DNA of 64,000 nt from Antedon mediterranea (GCF_964355755.1 NC_092674.1:21328001-21392000); one strand, 5' to 3'; shown: positions 27,504 to 41,880, counted from the stretch's first letter. A program made the numbers and translations. Notes: a model not told the origin generated them from the letters alone.

Positions 27504-29906
27504 TCGGTAGTAATCTTCCACAGTATCTCCAGGATGATTTGATCTGTATTGTTGTCTTATGTTTTTATTTATTTTTTCTAAAAAAAAGGGGGGATCAGGA
27601 CCCCCGTGACCCCCTAATGTACTTTACTATAATAATTAAACAATACATTCATTAATTTGATACAAAAAAATTGTTTTCCTATTCTTTTTACTTAAAATAG
27701 GGTTTATAAAGTGTCATACCCGGTGTCATACCTTAGTACATCAGCCAGGCCTTGGCTAATTTATGCAGCAAAAACTTGAATTGCCTGCACGCGGACTAGT
27801 AATTTGACTAACTAGGAGTAAGTAACTGACTAGGTTTAGTTAGTCCAGGTCCTGGAATAAATCTAGTCTAATTATAATTATATATGCGCTTCCAATGACG
27901 TATAATAGGGGTATAAAAAAGTGTCCGCTCATAATATAATAGTATAGTTTGTAAGATACTTATATAAATAACTGAGTGTGCGTAATTTCTAAAGAAGAGC
28001 GTTATTTATCTATCGTTAATTTTTTATTTTTTAAATACGCTCAGCGTACGTTGAGACATATTCTAAAAATATTAGGAGGCCTACGCATTCATTTTATATT
28101 TTATCACGAAGTGAAAGAAAAAAAGACATCGTAGATCTTAGGAGTGGAAGGTCAGGCGAGTCAGAATCAGGAGGCTAAACTTATCTAATTGTTATATTTG
28201 AAGGTTTAAATCAATATTGATTACGCCAACACCATGTGTTGCAAATAATAGCTCAGAACACAATGCAAACAGGATGCAACAGTTGTACAATAATTATATG
28301 CTATGCACAACGGCTGTGAACAAATAATGAATGAAATGTAGAGGCTACTGTATTATGTTATTAAAGTAGTTATATTGCATTAATGAAATAAGTGATCTAG
28401 CTATAACAAACATTACAGATGTATTGTCTCCCAAAAACCAGCCCAATAAGCTGTAGTGTAGTGCTCTGTATAAACAAAAAACAACAACAAATAATGCTTT
28501 CACTTATGAACTGACAAATAAAAAAACTTCATTCGATACTAATTTGACAATTTTTTGCTTTAACTTACAGATTTTTCAGGTAAATATTTTTTTTTCGATC
28601 CTATTTTCGTCAAAGTGAATAACTATTATGTGACATTAAAATGGCATATTCAACAAAACAAAATACACTTATTTGTAGGCTATATACAATATCTTTCAAA
28701 ATTATTCCAATTCCATAATTTTATTATTTTTTATCTTTTTCCTTTTCAGAACAAAAAACCCACATAGCCTGTCATACATTGATACTGATCAGAGTCATGC
28801 ACCATTTTGTTTGTTCTTTTAAAACTAAAAACAACAAAATAAAAGCTAATACAAATATCAGAAAGATAATTTCAATTTTCAATGAATCGCCTTTTTTAGC
28901 TATGTGTATACATCTCTGAAACATAAACACAACAAAATGTAACAGAAGGTAGATTTCTTTGAATAAATACACTAGAAACGTCAGTTACCTGATTCTCGTA
29001 CTGCATCATGTCAGGAACGATAATACTGGCCTTTTTTTAATAAAGAGACATTTTAAAATTTGTTTGAAATTTTGTTTCGTAATGTACTACAATGATTTAA
29101 ATACTATGAAACAAATTCTTGGAAAACTTAAATATCAACCATACCATAAGTAATTCGTTTTGGGTTTTTTTTTTTTTTTGGTTTAACGTTTATCAAACTG
29201 AGTTCAGTGTATAGGCCTACATTTCACAAATGGATACAATTTGAACTACATCAAACTGAGATTTAAGATACAGTAATACAGTTCTGTTTGGTCATTTAAG
29301 AAAATTTATAATTTGATCCTGTCCTGTTTTATGCAAATTCGACATAATTCATAAATTATCATACCAAAAATGGCAATGAAATAATATTATAGTCTGGGTT
29401 ATTAAACCTCAACACAATCTTGTAGGTATTGCATGTTGAAGAAACCTTTAGTTTAAAAAAAGGTTGTTTGATTGCATTGGTTAAACACTGAACTAAATTA
29501 CTATCATGGAACATCATGATTGCGTTTTTGGTTTATGTATGGTATCGAAATAAATCAAATCAAAGGCCTTTTTGAGAAAATTAAAATAATAATCAGCAAT
29601 AATTAACAATATAATATAAAAATTCCAGTTAGACCTAATGAATGAAAAGTTAGATAGCGGAAAAAACTTTGGTTAAACAAAGAAATAAATTACATCATGC
29701 TACACGATTTGGATTAGGCCTAATAGGGTAAATTACTAGGCCTACCCTTTACTGTATGTCTGTTAATTGAATTAGACCGTCGCACACACAATATTACTAG
29801 TATCGTGTCACTCTGACAATGAATCGATTATTGTCTTATTAGAGGAGCCTATTAAACTAATGCAATGTTTTCCATTGCGTTAGCAACATCTTGTACCAGA
29901 CAGTAG

Positions 29907-32014
29907 TTAGTAAGCACCTTGTCGTTTTCGTATCAACGCCGTATACTGCACATCGTTTAAAGCAAGCGCTTTGCAAATGTCTCTTGCCTCCTCTTTAATA
30001 ACGATGTTATCTTCACGATAGTCACTGACATCAAGCTTTGACGTATCTATACACTCATCTTGAATTGTCTCAAGCCGACCTTCAAACTCCGCCAAATCAT
30101 TCCAAAAACCTGGCCCATATTCCGTAATCTTCTTCCAAAGTGTTTGGTTGTAATAATCGTAAAGTTGTTTATCGAGTGCGTTCCAGTTTTGTATTCGTAA
30201 TTTAGTTTCTGGACTAATTTGATAACGAATGCGGGAATTACGAATTCCTTTAGAGATGTACAAAATATCATCCCAATTCCAACATAAAGTTTTTTTCATT
30301 AAAACCAATGAATGGTTGAAATATTCTGATATTAATACAAAATCGAGTTCTTGTTTTAACGATGTAAATACGTTATGAAATATAATTTTATCAGTCTGTA
30401 AATTTGTGTCCAACCCTAAATCATATATCTGACCATTTTTAGCTTGATTTCTAAAATAGAAACCGGGTGTGTTGTAAAATTTATCAGGGTCTTGAAAAAA
30501 CGTACCAATGGGGTCATCAACATCTTTAATTCCCGCACTGTGTGCAAAATCAAAATATCCAAATGAAGATTCAAATTGAGACACTGGGTTTCGGAGGATC
30601 GTGACGTATGTTGCATTTGGGAATACCGCTTCCATTTCTTCGCGATTGTATCTCACGTGATTGGTTAAAAAATGGTATTGATGTTGAGCATTGCTTTGAT
30701 GGATCATGTCACGTTGGAAGTGATTATAGCTTGATATAACATGAGTACCAACTCCTACACCAAAACTTAGATTACGTGAATAGCCATATCGTTCGAATAT
30801 GGAAGTTAAAGTTGTGCTTGCAGTTTTGTGTGTTTTTATAAATACGATTCTGTTTTTTGGTCTACAATGTGATATGCCTAAACGGGACTGTGTAGGCCTA
30901 CTGACAAAATCGTTAGGACGCCCATCTGCCATGTGTAATCTGAAATTAAGCAAACATTATATTGTCAAATATTGCATGGAGTTGTTTGTACTCCATGTGG
31001 ATATTGTAAGCTTACACCACCACAATAATTATGTGAAGTTGTACCGCGAGTCAAACTGAAACCCCAACGACTTCGATTTGTTTAATCAACTGGCTTTGCT
31101 CCTTACCAATGAGGACTTCAAATCCAATCGATGTTGGTTAATTATGTTCATTCATTTATGTTGTTTACATTACATTTAAATGAACAGAATAGCAGATTAT
31201 GAAGTACTATTTCTGACCCCTGGAATTAAGGCCTCTCTGATATTATCAGAGCATAATAACTAGGGAAACCTTTTCTAAAATATGTCTTACTCGTTTAATG
31301 TCTGGGCGGCTATGATCAAACATTATTCATTACATTATTGCAATTTAGCTTTCTTTGATTGAAGAAACATTAGCAAATGTAAAATACACTTTAGCGTAGG
31401 GCCTACATTATTAGTGATAGTATACAGTAGTAGTATATAGTATACTCTATACGGTAACAACTTGAACATAATTGTTCCTTCTTTTTTTACTATTGTAAAA
31501 TAGTATACTGATTAAGTTTAAATTGAAAAATATCATAATGAAATGTTTACAATTGTTATTGTAATGAGTTTCAAATGTGATTAATACACAAAATAAAACA
31601 TAGGGCCTATAGATTTAATAATAATCGTACTTTCGTGCTTTTCAAATGTAATTCTCAAATACATCTGTCGAATAGGCCTACACGAAAAATATTATATATG
31701 TATAATAATGTAATGTTAAGGTAATGTAGGCCAATCATGCCCAAAGTACATAACTTGCACACAATTAGTTCTGATTCTGTTCTGAATATTTAGATATTGT
31801 GTCTTTTCCTATCCTTCACTATTTTCAAATCCTCCGGCAACATTATTTTATTTTGCCGAAACAATTTCATGGCTCTTTAAGAAACATTATTAACTTACCT
31901 GTACCGGATATCATCAGAATCTGCATAATACGGTGCAACATAATGAGAAATCAACGTGTACAAAAACATTACACAAAGTGCAACGAAAATTAAAATCCGC
32001 ATTTGCCGTCTCAT
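29907..32014 (-). CDS. Galactose-3-O-sulfotransferase (GAL3ST family, type II Golgi membrane protein), ~382 aa
   Basis: Exon 31899-32014 encodes MRRQMRILIFVALCVMFLYTLISHYV (signal anchor) and splices in phase 2 to exon 29907-30939. That exon has the 5'-PSB motif IVFIKTHKTASTT, the 3'-PB motif TILRNPVSQFESSF, and LISEYFNHSLVLMKKTLCW, WNALDKQLYDYYNQTLW. Confidence 0.92.
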
Positions 32015-32656
32015 TGTGTCTGATTGAAAACTTCATCAATTGACAATGACGGTTGATTTTTTGGACTGTACCATTGTTACAATACGGGCAAAACCATTCT
32101 GACTGATTCATTATTTTTGTTAATATGCCTTATTCGTTATCCTTTCTATTCATCGTAAATATTTCAATAAAAACCTACTACTTGATAAACCTTTCTCTTG
32201 AAGTACTTTAACGTACTAAAATTCAATATGCAATATAACTCACCTGAAGCCAATAGTAGGCATAACCATTGAATGGAGCATGGATTAATGAGGGATGATG
32301 AGACTAAACAATTTTTTTTTTTAATATTTTATGTTAACCATCTTTAAAGAGGGTATTCCCTTCCAGTTTAGCCTATTGGGTAACTGATATTCAGGCTTAA
32401 AATATATACAGGTATTAAATATCGTCCAATGTTTTATAGTAAAAATCGTCTCAGTTTTCTGTTCAAAAGCTATTAAAGTTCACTTTAAGTAAGACAATAC
32501 CAGACAGCACCTGTAAGGGCTTATTTTATAGAATAGTAACCCGGGTTACGGCGTTAGAGTCTTTACGGTATTTGAGTTGGCCAACAAAATGGATATTATA
32601 CGGGGGTTTTTTTTGTTATCATATATTTTAATTTGGTTTTTAACCAGTCTTACTAA

Positions 32657-35545
32657 AGGCCTATTTACACTAGGACGATAACGATCGGCGATAAAAAGAT
32701 AAGCATGCATTTTTCTTACATAAAACAAAATAAATTAGAACAGTTTTTGTTCTAGAACTATAGGATAATCAGTCGATAAAAATAATATTTTTAAAAATCC
32801 AATCAAATGACGTCATGATCAATAAAAAAAATCGTTGTATTGTAACGATATTATTGCTCTTACTAATCATGACGTCATTTGATTAGAAAAAGTCGCAACC
32901 TAAAACAAATTGATATTGAGAAATTCACAAATGACATTAAAGCCTGTGCGTCTAATATAACCGATGTAAGTGTAATTCTTGAAGACAGTGTAGAAAGCTA
33001 TTCTGATCTCAGAGCTGTACTTGATTTACATGCGCCAGTTCAGAACAAAACAATTAGGCAAAAGGAAGCTAAACCGTGGTATACCGATGAAATTCGATCT
33101 GAAAGGAAAGTACGTCGTCAACTTGAACGTAAATGGATGAAATCAAAGCTTCTTAAGGATAGACAGAAATACTGTGTTCAAAGGTTGTTAATGGACTGAT
33201 TGAAAAGGCCAAGACGCGGTATTACTCTAGTCTGGTTAGTGACTGCACAGGTGATCAAAAGAAACTTTTCAATATAGTAAATAAACTTTTACATCACTCC
33301 AAGTCATCGGTCCTTCCTTCGTCTGTCTCCGATGAAGCTCTTGCTGAAAAATTTTCTGTGTTTTTTGTAAATAAAATTAAATCAATTCGTGATTCACTAG
33401 AAAATGAAAATACTGCCGAAGTTGTAACTGCTTCTGATAAATGTAATATATCTTATGGTTTAACTAGGTCTATGCGGTTTTCTCAGTTCGAACCTGCAAG
33501 TGATGAGGAAATTTTAAAAATTGTCAAAAATTCTCCCTCTAAATCATGTGCACTTGACCCGGTACCAACTTCACTGATTAAGAAATGTACTTCTGCATTT
33601 ATTCCATTAATCACACACGTATTGTTAATAAGTCTCTTGAAAGTGGTTCTTTCCCAGAGTCTCTAAAAGTCACCCATGTTCGACCCACATTGAAAAAAAC
33701 AGGTCTAGATCCCGAGATTCTGAAAAACTACAGACCTATCTCGAATCTTAGTTTTTTAGGAAAAATAATTGAGAAGGTTGTTTCTAAACGGATTTTGTCG
33801 CATGTACAAAAACATGGCCTACTTGATCCGTATCAATCTGCCTACAAAGCGCATCACAGTACTGAAACGGCATTACTTCGTGTAAATAATGACATCCTAC
33901 GTGGGATGGATGATGGAAAGCTAACTGCTCTAGTATTATTAGATTTAAGTGCAGCATTTGATACGGTTGATCATTCTGTGTTGCTAAATAGACTCAGTAC
34001 TTATATTGGTATTGAAGGAAATGCACTTGATTGGTGTCGGTCATATTTGGAAAAACGACCTCAACACGTATGTATTGGTGATGCTATTTCAAAAGCTTCT
34101 TTTCTAAAGTTTTCGGTACCACAAGGATCTGTTCTTGGGCCGCAATGGTTTACTATTTATTTACACCCGATACGGGATATCATAAGTAAATATGATCTGT
34201 GCTATCATGTTTATGCTGATGATACTCAGATTTATATTTCTTTTAAACCTACTATGAAACACAGTGAATTTTCTTTGGAATTGCTCCAACATTGTATCTA
34301 TGAATTGCGTGTCTGGATGAAAAACAACTTTCTTAAATTAAATGATGAAAAAACAGAATTTGTTCTCTTTGGATCAAAACAGCAGTTGGAAAAACTGCCA
34401 CCAAGCTTTATTCACATTGGTGAAACCCAAATTGACCCGGTAAGGCAGGTTAGAAATCTTGGGGTTGAAATGGATGTGGGTATGACTATGATTTCTCATA
34501 TCTCAAAAACTATTTCTGCGTCGTCTTTTCACTTGCGAAACATTCGAAGGATTCGCAAGTTTATAAACGAGACAGCAGCTAAACAACTTGTTCATGCTTT
34601 TGTCACTTCACGACTAGATATGGGAAACTCTTTGCTATACGGGCTACCACAAAAACAACTCCACAGGCTCCAACTGATTCAAAATACAGCGGCACGAGTT
34701 GTTAAAAAATTACCAAGATATGGACACATATCAAATACTTTGGAAATATTGCATTGGCTCCCTGTTAGGTACCGCATTGTTTTTAAAATATTACTCTTTG
34801 TTTTTAAGTCTATAAATGGCATGGCTCCTGAGTATATTTCTGACATGCTTAGGCTGTATGTTCCCGGACGTAATCTGCGTTCTAGTGACTCGCTGCTTCT
34901 ACATCAGCCTAAGTCTCACCACTCTTGGGGTGACAGAGCATTCTCCATTTACTGCTCCTCGTCTGTGGAATGCTCTACCGAGCTCTATAAGACTTTGCAA
35001 AACTGTTGATACTTTTAAAAAATTATTAAAAACACATTTATTCATTAAGGCATATGGAAATCATGAGGTTTCTTAAAGTTTTTTAGACTTAGAATTGTTT
35101 TGTATACCTTTTCCTGGCCAGCATTATCTTTGGGGTGCCTCTGTCTTGGTTGTTGTCTCTGAGCATCCGGTCGTCTGTGGCAAGGCAAATGTGTATCCTG
35201 CTCCTTTGTTTGGTCACCTAGGTAGGGGTCCGGGACCGCGACAGAACGAAAACGGATGGGGACCCTCCAAAGAAATTGCATTTTATTTGTCAGGAATTTG
35301 TATGATTTATTTCTTTTTTATTTTTAAATGCGCCTTGAGCACTCTGGAGTGGTATGTGCGCTATAAAAATCTTATTATTATTATTATTATTAGACGTGTG
35401 AAAATATCATTTTCATCAAAGGAAGCATAGATGATTCCTAATAGTTTTAGAATAAAAACATTTTAGATTTCTTTTGTTTTATGTATGAACAATGCGTATT
35501 TGTTAATTTATCGTCGATCTTTATCGTCATAGTGTGAATGGGCCT
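32657..35545. mobile_element. PIF/Harbinger-type MITE split by a LINE insertion (halves 32657-~32878 and ~35393-35545)
   Basis: TAA|AGGCCTATTTACACTAGGACGATAA ... TTATCGTCATAGTGTGAATGGGCCT|TTA long imperfect inverted repeats on either side of the LINE. Confidence 0.7.
32879..35392 (+). mobile_element. 5'-truncated L2/CR1-group non-LTR retrotransposon (ORF2 reverse transcriptase, few frameshifts)
   Basis: [82 protein letters not shown]; 3' stem-loop and (ATT)n tail at 35372-35391. Confidence 0.93.
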
Positions 35546-35674
35546 TTACACAAACGAACAGTTATAGGCAGCGGTTCAACAATAAAATGCTTATATATTG
35601 ATAATACAAGATGGTTGCTTCATTTATATTCCAGTCAAACACATATAGTTTGAAATTGTAGTCGTTGAAGTTAA

Positions 35675-35832
35675 TGCTTGGTTTCCACAAGAGACGCAAC
35701 ACAACGGTGTAACGCAACGTAAGGGCTTTGACCAATCACAAGCGATGGATTTATTCGACTGTTGCTTGTCATTGGTCAACTCGTTTGCGTTACATCTACG
35801 TCCTTGCGTTAAGTCCTAGTGGAAACCAAGCA
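35675..35832. mobile_element. Short Harbinger-type MITE
   Basis: TAA|TGCTTGGTTTCCAC ... GTGGAAACCAAGCA|TAA: perfect 14-bp TIR and TAA TSD. Confidence 0.8.
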
Positions 35833-36169
35833 TAAAACACAAATATATATATACAAAAAATACACAACACAGATGGGTATTTGTTTGTTACCAACACCGA
35901 CCAAAACCATCAGTTAACTGTGGCATTAGCTTAATTCATCCTCTTCCGTCAGTTGACCATGTTTATGGTTAAATTAGAGGCGCAAAAGTGTTTTGTTTTT
36001 TGGCAAATTATCACTTGCTCCAAAATCTGCTAAATTTACTACACTCTCCATTTGGCAGATACTTCCACCGCTTACCAATTAGAATGATCTCAGAGCACCG
36101 GAAATATTCCAGAAACCCATGTCGCAAATACCTGATGGTTTAACTGGAGTAGTAGTAGTATTATTGAAG

Positions 36170-36290
36170 AAATTCTCGTGTAGGAAATATCACTCCAACA
36201 ACGTTCATCAATCGCTTGAAGAATATTCGAAGAAGTTGTCTCCGATAACGGACCACAATTTACATTCACAAAGTTCGCTAATCGATGTAG
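36170..36290 (+). mobile_element. Tiny Gypsy-type integrase relic
   Basis: Plus frame reads EEVVSDNGPQFTFTKFA (integrase SDNGPQF motif); the surrounding sequence is decayed. Confidence 0.5.
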
Positions 36291-36431
36291 TATAGTCAAT
36301 AGCTACAAAGTATGGTAAGTAAAAGTATAAGTCCACACCAATCTTTTACCGGCGCATATCTGGCGTTTTGGATGGAGCATATTTGGCGTTTTGGATAAAA
36401 TACAACTGTCGACTACTAATATCACCCCTTA

Positions 36432-36597
36432 AAGCATCTTCCACACCTGTTACGGCACGGTTAGGGTCCAGCGCCGGAAAAAGTCAATGTTTCATTTTCA
36501 CACGGCTACGCGCATATATCGATTGGCGTGCGCATAGCCGAGTGTGACAATCGATTCGCCGGACCGGAACCGTGTCTGAACAGGCGTGAAAGACCCT
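36432..36597. mobile_element. Short Harbinger-like MITE
   Basis: Imperfect TIRs AGCATCTTCCACACCTGTT / AACAGGCGTGAAAGACCCT, flanked by TAA/TTA. Confidence 0.55.
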
Positions 36598-38117
36598 TAC
36601 ATCTATCTGAACTGAGGTTTTGGCTCGTTTGTGCTCATTTGTTTTGTATTTAAAAATTATAGTTCTCTGCGAAATAAGGAGGAATCATAGAGAAAAGATG
36701 ACCAATTTAAGTTCATATTTAAGATTTTATTTCAACCGTACAGTTTTAATGTACAAATTAAATTCAATGCTGAATCACCTAGGATATTGATTGGAAATGT
36801 CCCTGCCCAGCTTTATAAGTTTTAAACCACTTTTACAATCAAAAATTATTATAATTAATTACAGTACTTCTATTTGATTGGTATACTTGGGCACAGTATA
36901 GCATTGTTCTGAATGATGTGTTTAGGCCTATAAGTATAACAATTGTTATTGTTTTTATTGTAATTTATTTATTTATTTATTTTTTCCAATTTTTAATTGT
37001 TACATAGGACATCACATTTTAAAGCTTTGCTTATAGTGATGCCCGATTCAATCAATCAATATATAACTTTTGCTTAAAACCATGTTCAACTATAGGCCGT
37101 TGCCAATATACAGTAATCTACCTAAACAATGCTACTTTTAATACTTACAATATTATATGTTTTCATATTTTCCATTGATTGTAAACCTCTAACTAAACTT
37201 TCCAGTATTTTATTATTCAACTTCTGTTTCCAATAATAGTCAATATAAACAATTCATTTTTATTTTTATCATTACTATAAATAATCATTGTATATATTTT
37301 ATAATTTATATTTATATTGGTCTTGTTTTTTTTGTTTGTAAAAATCTACTGTAATATTATACCTTATTGTGGTTACCATTATAACAAATGTATGATTGAT
37401 TGAATAAAGTTCACATATAGATATTATGAATTTCAGTAATGTTGTTCAATTGATACTTTCAATATATTTGTATACAGTACGGTAACTCTAAAGGTAAAAG
37501 ATAAATAGGTGGATGTATTGTGTATGTTTTAAGTTAGACAGTAGGCCTACTCTTGTAAATATATAAACTTTTAATTATTATAAATGTGCAATATTGAATA
37601 ATTATTACTTTACAAGTAATGTTTAACCTTTTAGGCACTTTTTATCAGAGAATTGTATTGTATGTTGAAATGTTGTAGTGCTTATCTTTGTTGGTGCAAT
37701 TTTTTTGTGTCGTCTTACCGTTTTATTATGATATGCCAGTTTTTAAAATAAATTTTTTTAATTTTCTGAACGAAAACTGGCGTTCCGATTGATAAACCCA
37801 GGCTATCCCCTGTACTGTATAATTAAAAGCTTTATTTAAAATAACCAATACAAAATAAATTCAGTTTCCAATTATAATTTGATTGAAATTCCCTTTACTA
37901 AAATCATCGCCAGATCATTCTCGGCCATGATTTTGGTAGACTTATTCAGTAAAAAGACATCAAATAATTTTTTTTCCACATGATTTTACAATCAAATACA
38001 ATCAATCTTAATTGAAGAATTTCTTCTAAATAATCATATTCAGCATCATGGCTTTTCATGTTCAAAACAATGTTCTAATTTAAACAGAATCTCTACTGTG
38101 TATTTTCAAATACCCAT

Positions 38118-39587
38118 TCAAATCTCCACTATTGCAATTTCACTTTCCTCCTTTTTCACATTTAACATAAACTTTCGTGAATGTATTTTCTTATGCTTTT
38201 TCAAGTAATCATTATCAATAAATGTTTTGCCACAATGTTCACATAGAAATGATTTTACCTCTGAATGTAATCTTAAATGTCTTCTTAAATGACTATTTCG
38301 TTTAAATTCCTTACCACAGTGTTCACAAATAAAAAGGATTTCTCCTGTGTGTACACTTAAATGGCTTTTTAAATAGACACTTTCACGAAATGTTTTACCA
38401 CAATGTTCACATTGAAAAGGCATCTCTCCTGTGTGTATTTTCAAGTGCTTTTTCAGATAGCTCCTATCACGAAATTTTTTTCCACAATTTTCACATTCAT
38501 GCATTTCTTCTGTATGCGTTATTAAGTGTCTTTTTAAATTAGTACCTCGGTTAAATTTCTTTCCACACTGTTCACACTCAAATGGCATCTCTCCAGTGTG
38601 TATTTTTAAATGCCTATTCAAATCACCTTGGCTGCCAAAATTCTTCTTACAATTTTCACATCCAAACTGTGTTTCTGCTGTCTTTAATGTTGCATGTGAT
38701 ATCTCCGCATGTTTTTTTAAATGCTTTTTTAAGTACTCAATATCACGAAACTTCTTTCCACATTGTTCACAATCACATTTATGCTCAGCTTCTCTATTGT
38801 GTGTTCTTAAATGTCTTTTTAAATTACTGCTTAGGCTAAATTTCTTCCCACAATGTTCACATTCATGTGGCTTCTCTCCAGTGTGTATTCTCAAATGTCT
38901 TTTTAAATCACCACTATTGTAAAATTTCTTTTCACAATGTTCACACTCAAATGACCTCACTCCTGTATGTATTCTCAAATGCTTTACCAAACCACAACTA
39001 TCTCGAAACTTCTTCCTACAATGTTCACATCCATATGGCATCTCTGCAGTACTAGTATGTGTTTTTAAATGTCTTTTCAAATTAAATTTGTGACAAAATT
39101 TTTTTCCACAATGTTCACATTCGAATGGCTTCTTTCCTGTGTGTATTTTTAAATGTCTATTAAAATCACCAACTAGGATAAACTTTTTTCCACACTGTTC
39201 ACATACATATGGCATCTTTTCCTTAAGTTTTTTTAAATCACTATCCTTGTGAGTTGCATTCTCCACGAGCTGCCCATACTCTTCAAGAACTTCTTTTTTA
39301 ACGTATACCGACAAATGCATTTTAAAACTTGGCTCAAAACTGCCATCAGACTGTTCAGAATTATGTTGATTTTCTTGCCTTTCAGTTTCTGAATAGATTC
39401 TAGAATTCTGATTGAATATTTCACCGAAATCGGATGGCACATTTTTCCTCAATTCCATTTTTGTCATGGATGTTCTTCCATCACAATTTGTAAAAATCAC
39501 TGTAAAATTTGTAAACAAGGTTGATAAAAAAACATTATTTATCATTGAGAATATAACATGCAATTCCATGGTAACAGAATTACACAT
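38118..39587 (-). CDS. C2H2 zinc-finger protein, 12 fingers in one exon
   Basis: 489-aa ORF with 12 CxxC-x12-HxxxH fingers and TGEKP-like linkers. The true start codon is uncertain; a likely non-coding upstream exon ends at the donor near 40968. Confidence 0.88.
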   Translation of the reverse strand: MCNSVTMELHVIFSMINNVFLSTLFTNFTVIFTNCDGRTSMTKMELRKNVPSDFGEIFNQNSRIYSETERQENQHNSEQSDGSFEPSFKMHLSVYVKKEVLEEYGQLVENATHKDSDLKKLKEKMPYVCEQCGKKFILVGDFNRHLKIHTGKKPFECEHCGKKFCHKFNLKRHLKTHTSTAEMPYGCEHCRKKFRDSCGLVKHLRIHTGVRSFECEHCEKKFYNSGDLKRHLRIHTGEKPHECEHCGKKFSLSSNLKRHLRTHNREAEHKCDCEQCGKKFRDIEYLKKHLKKHAEISHATLKTAETQFGCENCKKNFGSQGDLNRHLKIHTGEMPFECEQCGKKFNRGTNLKRHLITHTEEMHECENCGKKFRDRSYLKKHLKIHTGEMPFQCEHCGKTFRESVYLKSHLSVHTGEILFICEHCGKEFKRNSHLRRHLRLHSEVKSFLCEHCGKTFIDNDYLKKHKKIHSRKFMLNVKKEESEIAIVEI

Positions 39588-39884
39588 TTTACATAATTTG
39601 ATAATTTAATTACTTGTATGCTTTATTTATACTTGGGTGGTTGCAAATAAAATAATAATTATAATGTCTCTATACCTAGAGAACATACTGTATATATGAA
39701 TAAATAACATTTCATTGATTGCAGTTCCAGCTGCAATGACAGACTCATAACAGTTAAATATACATGAGACAGGGGCCAGCCAGGAGGCTCAGGCCTCCTT
39801 CCAAGGTCTAGCTAGGACAGAAGCTAGGCTGGCCCTAGTCTAGAATTAGGCATATGATAGGCTGGTAAACAGAGGATCAGGTCC

Positions 39885-40888
39885 ATGGACGATTGGGCCC
39901 ATTTCTTTATGAGATCGATCGTCTTATAAGTTTGGCCTAATCGTCTTACTGTAGGCTTTGGTCCTGATAGCCAAGTGTATTGTTTGTATCCGTTCCAATA
40001 TACAGTAGTTTATAATTGAGTTCTAGGCATACTGTCACACATAGATACAGAGTGGAGGATAATGTAAAATATTGTGTTACGGTAACCAAATTATTTATCG
40101 TACGGGGACCCACTGAATGTGCGTCCTGTGTAGCACCAGTTGTGGGCTTGATTGATGTGATTTTATGTTATGTTCTTTTTTGCTACTAAAATATAGCAGA
40201 TATAGATACCTAGCAGAAACTGGCCTTTTTATATGACTGGTTTAATACAAGCAAGAATAACTAGATTTAAACTTGTCATTTTTTGACGAGTTCAGCACAA
40301 CAAACACCACGTACTGTTCACACAGAAATGCGAACGTTGATTAAAACTATTCTTACATTTAAAATATATCATAATTCTTTTAAATAGTTTATTTTTACAT
40401 TTGTATCACAAACTCGTGGAAATAACACAAACAGGGAATAATTTCGCCAGTGTAGCATAGCAAAAAGCTATACAAAACAACCTTTTTACTACGGATTTTT
40501 AAAATTGTGTAGCAAAAAATACAAATACAAAACTATGTTTAAAAAGGGGCTGTTTTGAAAAGCATTTTTTATTGTGATAAAGGTAATATAACGGTGACGA
40601 AATCATGGGAACATGTTACAGAATGGCCCAAAACTGTAGCCTAGGATGTGGGTGTGAGAAAAAAATTAAGCAAGTCGAAGATATAACAGTGTGGTGCGAA
40701 ACTGCAGTAGCGCCCAATTATTAATCTAATTCATTTTCGTGGACCCGATCATCTTTCCTTTATTTTTATAATGGGCCCAACCGTCTAATTATGTTGGGCC
40801 CGAACGTCCACACGCGTTGGGGTTGGTACCCGATCGTCTTGGAATAAAAAGCCCGATCATGATTATACCTCCATGGCCCGATCGTCCA
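39885..40888. mobile_element. Degenerate TIR element with subterminal GATCGTC-type repeats
   Basis: TGGACGATTGGGCCCAT (39886) vs ATGGCCCGATCGTCCA (40873); repeated CCGATCGTCTT-like words near both ends. No TSD resolved. Confidence 0.45.
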
Positions 40889-41880
40889 AAGCCATTTAGA
40901 ATAGCTAGGCCTACGGAACAACATTAGCGCCAGGGATCTCCAACTCCAGAAGTGATATACTGTACTTACGACAGAAACAGCTGTATAACAGAAACGCTAT
41001 ATTTCTTGATAAGGCCTTGTCTATCACTGTTTATCATATTCTTCGGTGATGAGGGGCGAAGAGAGACTGGGGAGGAGAGAGAGGAGGAGCTAGGGGACGA
41101 GAGTAGAGTGGTGTGGGACGAAACAACACAATAAACACATGCGCTGCAACAACAAAAAAACGGACGTGTCGATGATGGCAGCAGATTCGGTAACAGAGTG
41201 AACGTTTTTGTTGTACGAGGCGCCAAACACGGCATTAGGGCTTGTTAATTTACGGACTTAATTTACGGACTTGGTTGTTGGATGTGCAGTCTGGTTTCTC
41301 TATTGAATAATGTGTGTTTTCACGTTGCTGCTTTACCCAGCTACGTCCCATGAGGACTACTCATTCAGAAGCTAAAGCAAGCAGCAGTTATAGTTCTAGA
41401 AGCTGAGTCATGCTAAAATTAAAGCACGTCTGGGAGAAGAGAGTCTATGAACAAAATTGCTGATAATACAGTATTACTGATAATAATATTATTTTTTATT
41501 TTTTCAATTTCAATTGCACAATTATGACATATCAAAGTATGAATTCTTGTTGTATTTTATTTCAAATACAAAAGTTATTCACTTCTTAACAAAAAAATAA
41601 TATTTATTCACATATAAAAAGAGAAAAGAAACGTTTAATTATAACCCAAAAACCATTGTCTGACAGACAATTTAAGTATGTGTTGCTTTACATTAAAATT
41701 TTTTTTTTTCAGGTAAATAATTGTTTTGTTAACGTAAATAAATATTATATATGTGACAATAAAATGACACATTCAAAAACAAATTTGAAAAAAAAAATAT
41801 TTTTCAGGGAGACAATCTTTAAAACTGTTACATCAACAAGTGAGCAGCGTTTTTTTTTTTTGTAAGAAATATTTCTTGAA

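Noticed and set aside
31914-32111. 65-aa CxxC ORF as a separate gene
   Set aside because: Overlaps GAL3ST coding exon 1 in another frame; at most a uORF.
38582-39055. Plus-strand Cys-rich ORFs
   Set aside because: Antisense shadows of the zinc-finger array.
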